DNA from: a virus
Lineage: Duplodnaviria > Caudoviricetes
Virus record (IMG/VR): IMGVR_UViG_3300031232_000019
Location: 1-34,524 of that record
DNA: 34,524 nt
Reading direction: 5' to 3' (one strand)
The first letter of the stretch is position 1. Each line of letters starts with the position of its first letter. The notes below the pieces were generated by a model that had not been told where the DNA came from, did not search any database, and saw only the letters and a program-made list of their open reading frames with translations. Of the stretch, positions 18,592 through 27,307 are shown piece after piece. The position numbers and the translations under genes are program-made.

Positions 18592-19767
18592 TTAGTCCTT
18601 TACGAGCGTGAGGATTGAGTAACCGAGTTCCGGGTACTGGGGCTTGGCCGCCTGTTGGATGTCGACCCGGTAATAGCCGTGATTCCCCAGGGGATTGTTG
18701 GCCATGTCGGGATTGTTGATCCACTGCACCGAGCCGGTGTAATTGGCCGGCGTGAAACGCTGTTTGCCAAACGAGGTCGGTCCCACGGGCCGCACGTCCA
18801 CCTCATAGATATTGGAGCACAGCACTTCGACGACTTCGTACACCGCGAGGCCACCCTTGGCCACGGAACGATAGTCGGGATTGGCGACGGACTCCTGGCC
18901 ACTGGTGGTGGCCTGGTTTTTCGTCGGGTAAATCTTCGTCGTCGCGTCGGCCGCGATCCGCATTGGGAGTTCGTCGACATTCGGCGCAAAGCCGTTGACC
19001 GACGTATTGATGCCGCGCGCGGTGAAGTTTTCTTTGGAATTGCCGCTCCAGTTGACCGTCTCACGAACCTTGTCGTTCGTCTGAAACAGCTTTCGTTTAT
19101 AGGCGGGTCCAGTGATGAGCGAGAAAACCGGCTGACCCATCGCCTGACCCGGGGCGTATTCGCCACCGCCGCGACTGATGAGCGTATCATAGATCGCATC
19201 GAGATGTTCCCACTCCAGTTCGTGGGTGGGCAGGGCAAGCGTGGAGAAATCGCCCAGCGTATCGCTCTTTTCCGCCAGCGAGGTCGCGCCGGTCGTGGTC
19301 GCCTTGTGGTCGATCATCGAAATGTTCTTCGTGCGGGACCAGTCGGACAGGAACACCTGGACGTATTCGGCCAGGCCCTTCTCCATGTTTTTGACCTGCG
19401 TGAGCACGTCTTGCATATATTGCAGATCGCTCAGGCAGAACACCGGCGTTTGAAACGCGTACTGTTCCAGTTGGAAGGAACGGGTTTTGTGGCCGTGCCC
19501 CACGGTGACGGCGGGGACATCGCAACCCTTGTCCCCGGTGCCATCCCCAATCCCGGGGGAAAGGGCGGTGGTGGGATAGCCGGTGGGCAGTTCGTGCGTG
19601 GCGGTAATGATCGTTGGGATACGACCCTCGCTCATGTCAAATTCGGCGCGGGGGAAAAGCGAAGCGAAGGGATTCGAGCGCCAGAAGCGGGCGTACATAT
19701 TCTTGTGGAAAATGGACGGCCGTTGCGCGAAATAGTTATTGATAGCGGTAAGATCGGGAGCGGACAT
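18592..19767 (-). CDS. Major capsid protein
   Basis: 391 aa, directly downstream of portal and scaffold genes, with its own long leader and a 3' hairpin. The call rests mainly on synteny and size. Confidence 0.7.
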   Translation of the reverse strand: MSAPDLTAINNYFAQRPSIFHKNMYARFWRSNPFASLFPRAEFDMSEGRIPTIITATHELPTGYPTTALSPGIGDGTGDKGCDVPAVTVGHGHKTRSFQLEQYAFQTPVFCLSDLQYMQDVLTQVKNMEKGLAEYVQVFLSDWSRTKNISMIDHKATTTGATSLAEKSDTLGDFSTLALPTHELEWEHLDAIYDTLISRGGGEYAPGQAMGQPVFSLITGPAYKRKLFQTNDKVRETVNWSGNSKENFTARGINTSVNGFAPNVDELPMRIAADATTKIYPTKNQATTSGQESVANPDYRSVAKGGLAVYEVVEVLCSNIYEVDVRPVGPTSFGKQRFTPANYTGSVQWINNPDMANNPLGNHGYYRVDIQQAAKPQYPELGYSILTLVKD

Positions 19768-19779
19768 GGTAAGCCCTAG

Positions 19780-19950
19780 AGGTTTTGAATCGGTGAGCGG
19801 ACGAGGCGGAATGCCTCATTCACGCGGATGCCAACCGCGCCCCTGGGCTGTCGCTGCACCGGAAAACCACCCCGGTCGATAGGTCTAAGCTACGGTCGTG
19901 CGCTCCGAATGTCGGGAATGCAAGCGCCGCCAAATCAGTCGGCGCACCCG
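19780..19950 (-). promoter_or_regulatory. Structured 5' leader of the capsid gene
   Basis: Four hairpins (plus-strand arms): GCGCCG/CGGCGC 19924-19945, ACCGG/CCGGT 19858-19876, CGCGG/CCGCG 19823-19839, GAGGC/GCCTC 19803-19817. Confidence 0.45.
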
Positions 19951-19955
19951 CCAAG

Positions 19956-20030
19956 TGGATGCAGGGGCGGGACTCGAACCCGCAACCTCCGCAGTATGAG
20001 CGCGGCGATCTACCATTGATCTACCCTACA
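19956..20030 (-). tRNA. tRNA with CAU anticodon (Met/fMet-like, non-canonical)
   Basis: TGTAGGG TA GATC AATGGTA GATC G CCGCG CTCATAC TGCGG AGGTT GCGGG TTCGAGT CCCGC CCCTGCA T CCA: complete 75-nt cloverleaf with encoded CCA. Confidence 0.92.
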
Positions 20031-20036
20031 AAAAAT

Positions 20037-21284
20037 CTATCGGCTGAACAGTTTTCGCGCCGCCTGTTCGTGCGTCTCCTCGGCCTCGTCGCCCGCCGGG
20101 TCGCCGCTCGGTGTTCCTGTTCCAGCCTGCCGCGAACCTTTTAAGGCGGTGATTTCCGCGGTCAATTCCGCAATCAGGTCACGGCTTTTCTGATACTCCG
20201 CAGCCATTTTGGGGATGACGTGGCCGCGCAGAAAACGAAAGGTGGCGGCCTCCGATGCGACCAACGCCGTGCCGGCCTCGTCCATCCGGCCGAACGCGAG
20301 TTTTTCCGCGGTCCCCCGGATTTCCGTCAGGCCCTTGTTGTAGGCTTCCAGCGCCGTTTTTTCCTCCGGCGACGCATCCGGTGCAATCGGAAAGGGCTTG
20401 AGCTTTTCGGCGCTGAAATCGAGCGCCTTCCAGGTCGCTTCGAAGGTGGTGCGCTGCCGTTCCACGGACTGCGCCGCGAGGTTTTGCGCGAGCTTGCCGG
20501 CGTTGGCTAGCTGCGCTTTAGCCTGGGTGTCGAGCGCCTGCACCTGGCGCATGTCGGCGATGAACGCCTGTTGCTCGTACACGGGAAGCTGTTCGGCGAT
20601 CGCACTGACTGCCTTGGCGAAGTCCGGTCGGGATTTGGCGATCAGGGAATTTACATCCACGTCTTTGATCTCGTTCGCAGCCAGCACCTCGGAGACGTTG
20701 GCGAGCAACTGATTTCTCGGCTCGACGAATTGCTTTTGAAACTGCGGATGATTTTGCAGATCGAGAATCGCGAGCCGGTCGCCAAAGGTCTTGTTTTCCG
20801 CGCGCAGACGATCCGCTTCCGGTGAGGTATCGGGCAAGGCCGCGCCGCGGGTACGGAGTTCGACCAACTCGGCGGCGAGGCGTGATTTTTCCGCCCGCTC
20901 GGCTTTGGTAATAGCTTTGAGTTGTTCGAATTGCGTGTGCGTCGTCGGCGCCGATTTTTCGGTCAACGTAATCTTGTCTTCCGGGGCTTCCTCGGGAGCC
21001 GCCGGCGGAGTTGCGGCGGGGAGCGTCGGGGCTGTCTTGGGCTCGTCGACGACATCTAAGATATTAGCGGGGGTCGCGGGCGGGGCTTTGATGGGCGATT
21101 CCTTGGCCGGCGCGGGCGGGGCGGCCGGTTCCTTGCCCGCTGGAGGCTCGATCGGGGGTGGTGAATGCCCGAACAGCTCTTTCGCGTCGGCTTCGTGCGT
21201 TTCCAGCGCAACGGCCGCTTCGCCACCTTCGGCGCCATCCTCGGGCGCGCGCACAATCACGGGAGGAAGAAAGGGAAAGTTCAT
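20037..21284 (-). CDS. Capsid scaffolding protein
   Basis: Acidic Pro/Ala-rich disordered N-terminus followed by long coiled coils; lies between portal and capsid genes. Confidence 0.65.
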   Translation of the reverse strand: MNFPFLPPVIVRAPEDGAEGGEAAVALETHEADAKELFGHSPPPIEPPAGKEPAAPPAPAKESPIKAPPATPANILDVVDEPKTAPTLPAATPPAAPEEAPEDKITLTEKSAPTTHTQFEQLKAITKAERAEKSRLAAELVELRTRGAALPDTSPEADRLRAENKTFGDRLAILDLQNHPQFQKQFVEPRNQLLANVSEVLAANEIKDVDVNSLIAKSRPDFAKAVSAIAEQLPVYEQQAFIADMRQVQALDTQAKAQLANAGKLAQNLAAQSVERQRTTFEATWKALDFSAEKLKPFPIAPDASPEEKTALEAYNKGLTEIRGTAEKLAFGRMDEAGTALVASEAATFRFLRGHVIPKMAAEYQKSRDLIAELTAEITALKGSRQAGTGTPSGDPAGDEAEETHEQAARKLFSR

Positions 21285-21613
21285 ACGTCAGGATAGGTTT
21301 CGAGCGTCGGGCTCAATTTGGGTTTCGGATCTTCCACTTGGGCGAACAGGGCCGCCGAAAACATCTCCCAGCCGCGGATCTCATGCAGCCGGTTGTTCGC
21401 CATCAGCATCGCGGTGGGCGCATCCTTCATTTCGGCGATCGTCGTCCCGGCGCCGCTGAAAAAGACGCTGGGTTTGAACTGGCTGCTGAAGCCGAACGCC
21501 TTTTGAAACACGTCGCTATTGAGCAGCGCGGCGAGCTTCGTCCGTTCCTCGAACGTCAGAGCCGACGGCAGCGCCACCGGCGGGCGCTTAACTTTCAGGA
21601 TGGGTTTGGTCAC
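21281..21613 (-). CDS. Small head-associated hypothetical protein
   Basis: GTG start after the 48-aa membrane gene; helical; typical post-portal position. Confidence 0.55.
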   Translation of the reverse strand: MTKPILKVKRPPVALPSALTFEERTKLAALLNSDVFQKAFGFSSQFKPSVFFSGAGTTIAEMKDAPTAMLMANNRLHEIRGWEMFSAALFAQVEDPKPKLSPTLETYPDV

Positions 21614-21621
21614 AGCGAGTA

Positions 21622-21768
21622 TCAGCCGACCGATCCCCGACCCACCAGCAGCGCCACGCAAACGAGGATGAGCGCGAGGGGGAGGAGCGGCCAGGCCGGT
21701 TTGATGAGCGCGAGGATCGCGAAGATCAGCGCGATCCCGATGAGGAGATTGAAGGCGGTAAGTTGCAT
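21622..21768 (-). CDS. 48-aa two-TM membrane protein
   Basis: Not in the ORF track. MQLTAFNLLIGIALIFAILALIKPAWPLLPLALILVCVALLVGRGSVG* fills the gap after the portal gene. Confidence 0.7.
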   Translation of the reverse strand: MQLTAFNLLIGIALIFAILALIKPAWPLLPLALILVCVALLVGRGSVG

Positions 21769-21781
21769 GGCAATTTGGGGG

Positions 21782-23839
21782 TTAGGATTGCGGGGCTGAC
21801 ATCATGGGCGGGGTGCCCATCGTGCCGGGTCCGGGCGGGGCGCTGTTTGGCGGTCCGCCGGCCTGGGCCTGACGTTGTTTCATCAGATTGGTGAAAATTC
21901 CGCGGGCGATACTCGTCACCTGGGAGAAAGCCGGGTACAGCGTCTTGTACGCCTCCGCCAGCGTTTCGTCGCTCTGCATGAATTCGAAATGTTTCGCCAG
22001 ATGCGGAATGGCCGTCTGCAAGGCGACCAACGCTTCGGGTGCCAATTTCTGCTGCTGGGTATAGACCTGGATCATCTGCGCGAGCGGCTTCAAATGCTCC
22101 TCGGCGTGCTCGGGATGCGAGTCGGCCGGATCGACCGGCAGCGGCAAGCCCTGCCCGAAGACGGAATTCTCCATCATGGCGAGCCGGCGTTCGCCTGGCG
22201 CACTGTCCTGCCCGGCCGGCAGCATGAATTGCCCGATCGCCTGGGTGCCGAGGCGGTTCGAAAGGTACGCTTCGATGATCGCCCGGCCATTCATGCCCGG
22301 CAGCCGCATCATGCCGAGGAGTTCCTTGAAAATCATATCGCGGAGCGCCGCGCCGGCCGTGCCGGGGTTCGCGCCCGTTGTCACCTTCACGTCGGCGAGA
22401 TCAATCTGTTTCCACGGCACGCCGCGGGCCGTCAGCCGCTTTTTGAATTTAACCGCGTCCGGGTCGCGCGAACCCGCCTTCATCAGCCGGCGGAAGGTTT
22501 CCGCAAATACGTTCTCTCCGACTTGCGAGAGATAGATGCTTGCGGTCGCACTGCCGATTTCTTCGGAGAGATTGGCGAGGATGACCGCCTGCCGCGCCGT
22601 ACCCGTCTCGGCAATATCCTTGGACGAATCGCGGTAGATGAAATTATTTTCCGCGACGTTCCCGGAGAGCACTTGCAGCACGCTCTGGGTATTGCCGAGC
22701 TGTGGGTAGATCGGGATTTGTTTCAGCCCACGCGGGAAGATATTGACCGCGCTATAATGTTCGACCGGCGGCGACTGCGCCGGTCCCTCGTCCTCGCGAA
22801 TGAAGTTAAACCCCATCCCGATCGACGCCGAATCCATCATGCGGCTTTTCATCCGGTTTTGCAGCATCGAGAAATAATAATTCTTGATCCCAAAGCCCTT
22901 GATCGAATGCACGAGGCCCGCGGTCCCGACATCATAGAACAGTCCGCCGATGACGTGTTTGAATTCCTCCGCGTAGTCCCCGGACTCGAAGAGAAAATCC
23001 GGCACCGCCGCATTTTTCGCGAACACGTACAGGGCGATTTTCCCGTCAAAGCCCTTCACGAAGAGGCGGACGATTTCGAGGGGCGAATGCGTCTCGGACA
23101 GCCCCATGTCGTTACTGACAATTTCATCCTGCGTGCGGGTCCAGCTCGCCGCATCGGTCTGCGAGCCGTCGCCGGCCATGCAGTAGGCAATCGCCTGTTT
23201 CAGCGCCTTCACGTTCCAGCCGACATACGACGTGCGCTTGGTGGCGCCGGGCGTGTGGATCTTCAGCCACATTTCCGCGATGCTCATTTCGCCCTCGACC
23301 GCGGCAATTTCCCAATCGGCGATATTGGCCTTGGCCCGTTTCGGGACGAGGACGTATTCCGTGCGGGCGTGCTTGAAGCGCGCACTGTCCCCGTCGGCCC
23401 ACATGACGTAACCAGGCCCGAACTTCACAAAGTCATTCGTGAAGAGCATGAATTGAAAAAAGTAGTCCGCGCCCCAGTCGTTGAGGAATTTGTCGAAGCA
23501 CTCCGCGAATGCCTTCTCCCATTTCGGTCCGGCCGGGCTGCCAGTTTCGATCGCCACCGCGATCTTGTTCGGCGCATCATGCACCATTTTCCAGTACGGC
23601 AGAAACGTCCGGTTGAAGGAGGATTCCGCGTCGCGGAAATTGATGTTCGTCTGCCACGACTCGCCGTTTTTTTCCATGACGGCCGGATCTTTTGGCCGCC
23701 CGCCGTCGATCTGGTTGCGGGTCTGCGCATAGGTCGCCGCCCGCTTGCGGTTGCTGTCCAGATACGTCGAATAAATCTGGCGGGCGCTGGCGGCATCTTT
23801 CACCCGCGGTTGTTGCAAGTCGTCAGGTTTCGGCGTCAT
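21782..23839 (-). CDS. Portal protein
   Basis: 685 aa, downstream of terL and upstream of scaffold and capsid; helical with a C-terminal Q/P-rich tail and a DSHPEHAEEH motif of the type seen in podovirus portal C-termini. Confidence 0.7.
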   Translation of the reverse strand: MTPKPDDLQQPRVKDAASARQIYSTYLDSNRKRAATYAQTRNQIDGGRPKDPAVMEKNGESWQTNINFRDAESSFNRTFLPYWKMVHDAPNKIAVAIETGSPAGPKWEKAFAECFDKFLNDWGADYFFQFMLFTNDFVKFGPGYVMWADGDSARFKHARTEYVLVPKRAKANIADWEIAAVEGEMSIAEMWLKIHTPGATKRTSYVGWNVKALKQAIAYCMAGDGSQTDAASWTRTQDEIVSNDMGLSETHSPLEIVRLFVKGFDGKIALYVFAKNAAVPDFLFESGDYAEEFKHVIGGLFYDVGTAGLVHSIKGFGIKNYYFSMLQNRMKSRMMDSASIGMGFNFIREDEGPAQSPPVEHYSAVNIFPRGLKQIPIYPQLGNTQSVLQVLSGNVAENNFIYRDSSKDIAETGTARQAVILANLSEEIGSATASIYLSQVGENVFAETFRRLMKAGSRDPDAVKFKKRLTARGVPWKQIDLADVKVTTGANPGTAGAALRDMIFKELLGMMRLPGMNGRAIIEAYLSNRLGTQAIGQFMLPAGQDSAPGERRLAMMENSVFGQGLPLPVDPADSHPEHAEEHLKPLAQMIQVYTQQQKLAPEALVALQTAIPHLAKHFEFMQSDETLAEAYKTLYPAFSQVTSIARGIFTNLMKQRQAQAGGPPNSAPPGPGTMGTPPMMSAPQS

Positions 23840-24440
23840 GGCGGGGCGGGGGTTGCCAGCAATAGGCTGGATACGTCAGATCGTGGTTACTCGCGCGCAG
23901 CACGTTTTCCGGCATCAAAACTTTCGCGGTCAGGGCACAGCCGCAGATCCCGCAGGCCAGCAAGCCTGGCTCCTGCCGCGTCCGCGGGACGAGTTTGCCG
24001 ATCATCGCATAGAGCGAGGTGCAGACCCCGCAACCTTCCGCGACGCGGTTATACGGACAGCCGCGGCAGATTTTCGCCCGCGCTTCCGCCACCGGTTTCG
24101 CGACGGTTTCGCCCCCGCTCCGCAGAAATTCCAGCAAGGCCGCCGTCCCGGCCAGCACGCGCTTGCTCGTGAGCGACGACGGCAGATCCACAATCGGGAC
24201 GTAATGTTCGCCCGGTTCCGCCGTGCAGAACCGCGCTTCCAGCCGCGAACAAAGCTGCCGCTCAACATCGAGCGCGATCAAATTGCTTTCCTTCGGCTCG
24301 GTCCCGGTGAAGGCCCGGTGTTGCGCGACGCGTTCGACCAGTTCGACAAACGACAGCGATTCGATCCGGCACCCGGTTTCCGGCTGCACGTACCGCCAGC
24401 CTCCCGGCGGCGCTGTCCGCGTGTCCTTCAGTCGCGCCAT
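23823..24440 (-). CDS. Cys-rich metal-binding protein (DUF6171-like C-terminus)
   Basis: RAKICRGCPYN...CGVC...CGICGCALTAK...CW. Confidence 0.6.
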   Translation of the reverse strand: MARLKDTRTAPPGGWRYVQPETGCRIESLSFVELVERVAQHRAFTGTEPKESNLIALDVERQLCSRLEARFCTAEPGEHYVPIVDLPSSLTSKRVLAGTAALLEFLRSGGETVAKPVAEARAKICRGCPYNRVAEGCGVCTSLYAMIGKLVPRTRQEPGLLACGICGCALTAKVLMPENVLRASNHDLTYPAYCWQPPPRHDAET

Positions 24441-24444
24441 GAGG

Positions 24445-25026
24445 TCACAACCACGCCGGCCCCTTCGTGCCCCGCGGAATGCGCAGCACCCACCGCACGA
24501 AACCCTTCAGCGGATTATAAAAATGGAGCGCAATCACCCAGCGCCAGTTCACGACCGACGGCCCGGAAATCTTCGGCCGGTGCCAGCGGCCCCACACCAC
24601 CCTGACCGGTTGGCCGTCCGGGCGGCGAAAGGTCCCGGACACAAACGAGGGTCGCGACGATTGATCCGACCAGTCATCGACCAGCACATCCGTTTTCGAC
24701 GACGCCACGGGAATCAGGATCACGCTGCCGTCGATCTCCGTGCGAAAGCGTGAGCCGCCCTTGACGACCAGCCCCGCCTGGCCGCCGCCCCACAGCGCCA
24801 GCGTGCCGAACACCGCCACGCTCGAACCGTTGTTCACGTCGCAGGCATTTTCCGTCCCGCCCGGCACCCGGCACTCCCCCCGAATAATAACGCCTTCCGC
24901 GCAGGAAAATTTCAACCCGTCCGCCGCGGTCCCGAGCGGGCGCGGCACGATCAGATTGGTCAGCACGAGCCCGCGGCCGGTGTACGCGGCGGTGATGGGA
25001 TCAAACGTGACGGAGGAGGACGGCAT
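24445..25026 (-). CDS. Hypothetical protein with short right-handed beta-helix-like repeats
   Basis: DGLKFSCAEGVIIRG, ENACDVNNGSSV and QAGLVVKGGS resemble pectin-lyase-like coils; basic amphipathic C-terminus. Confidence 0.5.
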   Translation of the reverse strand: MPSSSVTFDPITAAYTGRGLVLTNLIVPRPLGTAADGLKFSCAEGVIIRGECRVPGGTENACDVNNGSSVAVFGTLALWGGGQAGLVVKGGSRFRTEIDGSVILIPVASSKTDVLVDDWSDQSSRPSFVSGTFRRPDGQPVRVVWGRWHRPKISGPSVVNWRWVIALHFYNPLKGFVRWVLRIPRGTKGPAWL

Positions 25027-25038
25027 GACAGCGAAAGC

Positions 25039-26796
25039 CTAAAAGTAGGAGAACTCAGCTTCCTCCCCGTACCGCGCGCAAGCGTCCACGGATGCAATCT
25101 TCGCCGCCGCCCAGATCCCCCCGGCCCGCGGCACGTCCGTCGTTTTCCCCGGCATGTGCCCCTTCCGCGCCATCAGTTCCCCCGCCAGAATATACGCGTC
25201 CCCATAATCCGGCGACCGCCCCAGCCGCTTTTTAATCTCCGCCTTCGATTCGACCCGCTGTTTCTGGTCGACGACCGTATACCGCCGCGCCGCCAGGTCC
25301 TCGATCGTTTCCTTTGCCAGCCGCCCGAGGCCGCCCGCCCGGCCCGACGCCGCCCAGGCCGCCGCCCGGAAATGCAGTTCGTCGACGAAGTAGCGGAAGC
25401 GTTCGTCGCACTTCGCCGCCTCCCCGTAAATCAGCGGCCGGTCAGTCGGCTTGCCCCCAAACTCCACCCCCTGCACCGCCCGCCCCCAATTCTTCGACAG
25501 GTGCGACCAGACCGACCGCCCGTTGCCCGTCATGTCCTGAATATAGTTTTCCGCCTTGATCCCGCGCGCCTCGCACGCCGCCTGCACAAACTCCGCGATC
25601 TGTTCGTCCTTCGTCTGATCGGTCCCCGACACCTTCACCGGGACCACCACCGTCGCCGTCATCGTAAACGACACCAGCCCGTCGCGCACCGTCCCGTACA
25701 CCCCGAAGTGCAGCACGCAGTTGTCATGCTCATAGGCCGGGTCGAGGACCGCGAACCCCACCGGGGGAAAATCGAACGTCACGTCCGCCTGCATCCGCTC
25801 CAGCAGCAGCGAGGGAAAGACCCGCGACACGATCCCGTCCGGCGGGAAGAACCCGCGAATATACATCCACCACTCCAGCGACTCCTCGGTGTGCTGCAAC
25901 CGCACCTCCTCGATATACTCCTGCGTCAGCATGAACGGGAGTTTCTTCGCCTCATAGTCCGCCCGCGTGATCGCCCCCCGCCCCAGCCGGATATACAGTT
26001 TCGCGTTGAAGCATTGCAGCCCGTCGAAGTGCAGCACGATCCGCCCCGCCTTCGTCCGCCACCACAGATCCGAGTCATGCACCGTCCCCCAGCCGCCGGC
26101 CGGCTCGCAGCACTCCCGCCCGAACACCGTCTCCTTGTCCACCGGGTTCGCCAGCCGGATGCTCTTGAAGTCCGGCGCCGTTCCCGCGTTCACCTCCGCC
26201 TGAAAAATCACGTCCGGCAATTCCTGCGCCTCGTCCAATCCCAGCCGCCGCCGCGCCGCATGCTTGCCCTGAATCCGCCCGGCCGCGTCCCGCTGTTTCG
26301 AGGTCGCAAATCCCTCGATCATGTATTTCTCCTCCGCCCGGTGCCCCGGGGCCACCAGCCGCAGTTTCATCTCGTTCGACGTGCTCGAAATCTTGAACGG
26401 GTTGCCAAACGTCGCGCTCTCCACCGCCGCCATCAAATCCGACCACATCCGCCCCTTCAGCCCGTCGAACGTCACCGTCGTCAGCGAGGTCCACGTCGCC
26501 AGCGGCGCCGCGCAATAGTCCAGGTACAGCAGATGCGCCACCCCATACGTCTTCGTCGCCCGCGCATGTCCGATCACTGTAATGATTTTCTCATTACAAA
26601 ACGCCGTCATCAGCATCTCCATCCACTCGTGCCAGATGAATTTCGGCCACGCCAGCTTGAACGCCCGCCGGAAATGCGCCTCCGGCCCCAGCCCCCCCTC
26701 GTCCACCGTCAGCCCCGTCTGGTAGGCCCACAGCTCGATCGCCAGCTCCCGCGTCTCCCCCGGCCATTTCCGCCCGTACCGCGTAAACGGATTCAT
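25039..26796 (-). CDS. terL: Terminase large subunit
   Basis: Walker A-like GHARATKT, Walker B LGLDEAQE, coupling motif LANP; RNase H-like nuclease residues AVLDPA, IQDMTGNG, KKRLGRSPDYGDA. Start at ATG 26796 (ATGA overlap). Confidence 0.9.
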   Translation of the reverse strand: MNPFTRYGRKWPGETRELAIELWAYQTGLTVDEGGLGPEAHFRRAFKLAWPKFIWHEWMEMLMTAFCNEKIITVIGHARATKTYGVAHLLYLDYCAAPLATWTSLTTVTFDGLKGRMWSDLMAAVESATFGNPFKISSTSNEMKLRLVAPGHRAEEKYMIEGFATSKQRDAAGRIQGKHAARRRLGLDEAQELPDVIFQAEVNAGTAPDFKSIRLANPVDKETVFGRECCEPAGGWGTVHDSDLWWRTKAGRIVLHFDGLQCFNAKLYIRLGRGAITRADYEAKKLPFMLTQEYIEEVRLQHTEESLEWWMYIRGFFPPDGIVSRVFPSLLLERMQADVTFDFPPVGFAVLDPAYEHDNCVLHFGVYGTVRDGLVSFTMTATVVVPVKVSGTDQTKDEQIAEFVQAACEARGIKAENYIQDMTGNGRSVWSHLSKNWGRAVQGVEFGGKPTDRPLIYGEAAKCDERFRYFVDELHFRAAAWAASGRAGGLGRLAKETIEDLAARRYTVVDQKQRVESKAEIKKRLGRSPDYGDAYILAGELMARKGHMPGKTTDVPRAGGIWAAAKIASVDACARYGEEAEFSYF

Positions 26797-27011
26797 CCGG
26801 CCACCCGCGTCCCGTGAAACCCGCAGTGTCCGCACACCACCTGCTTGTGCGGCGGATCAGAGAGCAGCACCGCCGCCGTCTCGTCGCTCAGCTCCTGCCC
26901 GCACACCGGACAGGCCAGCCCGTTCGGCCGCGGATACTTCGTCACCCACCGGTACGCCGCCGCATGCGCCGCATTGTGCTCCGCCAGCGGGATCAAGGTC
27001 CGCACCATCAT
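26793..27011 (-). CDS. Zinc-ribbon protein
   Basis: CPVCG...CGHCG; coupled to terL. Confidence 0.6.
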   Translation of the reverse strand: MMVRTLIPLAEHNAAHAAAYRWVTKYPRPNGLACPVCGQELSDETAAVLLSDPPHKQVVCGHCGFHGTRVAG

Positions 27012-27307
27012 AAAGCCCCTCCCGGATTCTCCCGGTCAAACCGCGCCAGCGCCGCCCGCCACGCCTCCTGCCGCTCCACCGTCACCAACACCTCCACCGC
27101 ATCCGTCCGGTATGTCGTCAACACATCCCGCAACGCCCGCGCCAGCTCCCGGCAGGTCGCCGGCTGCCGCCCCCATTCCACCCCCTGCCGGAACCCCAGC
27201 ACAAACGCCCGCTCCTCCCGCGGCACGTCAAACCGCATCAGCCCCACCAGATGCGCACACTGCAAGCCGTCCACCACCGCCGCCACCCGCAGATCCACCG
27301 GCTTCAT
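27008..27307 (-). CDS. Hypothetical protein
   Basis: MKPVDLRV... with ATGA coupling at both ends. Confidence 0.5.
   Translation of the reverse strand: MKPVDLRVAAVVDGLQCAHLVGLMRFDVPREERAFVLGFRQGVEWGRQPATCRELARALRDVLTTYRTDAVEVLVTVERQEAWRAALARFDRENPGGAL

Noticed and set aside
18655-19779. 374-aa plus-strand ORF
   Set aside because: Antisense shadow of the capsid gene.
19956-20000. tRNA as an attL/attR remnant marking a prophage boundary
   Set aside because: It is full length and flanked on both sides by contiguous head genes; I saw no duplicate 3' fragment in the window.
21875-24172. 765-aa plus-strand ORF
   Set aside because: Antisense shadow of the portal gene; codon bias of a GC-rich gene removes stops on the opposite strand, and the translation has no recognisable motifs.
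25156-26817. 553-aa plus-strand Arg/Pro-rich ORF
   Set aside because: Antisense to terL and explained by the local C-rich skew.
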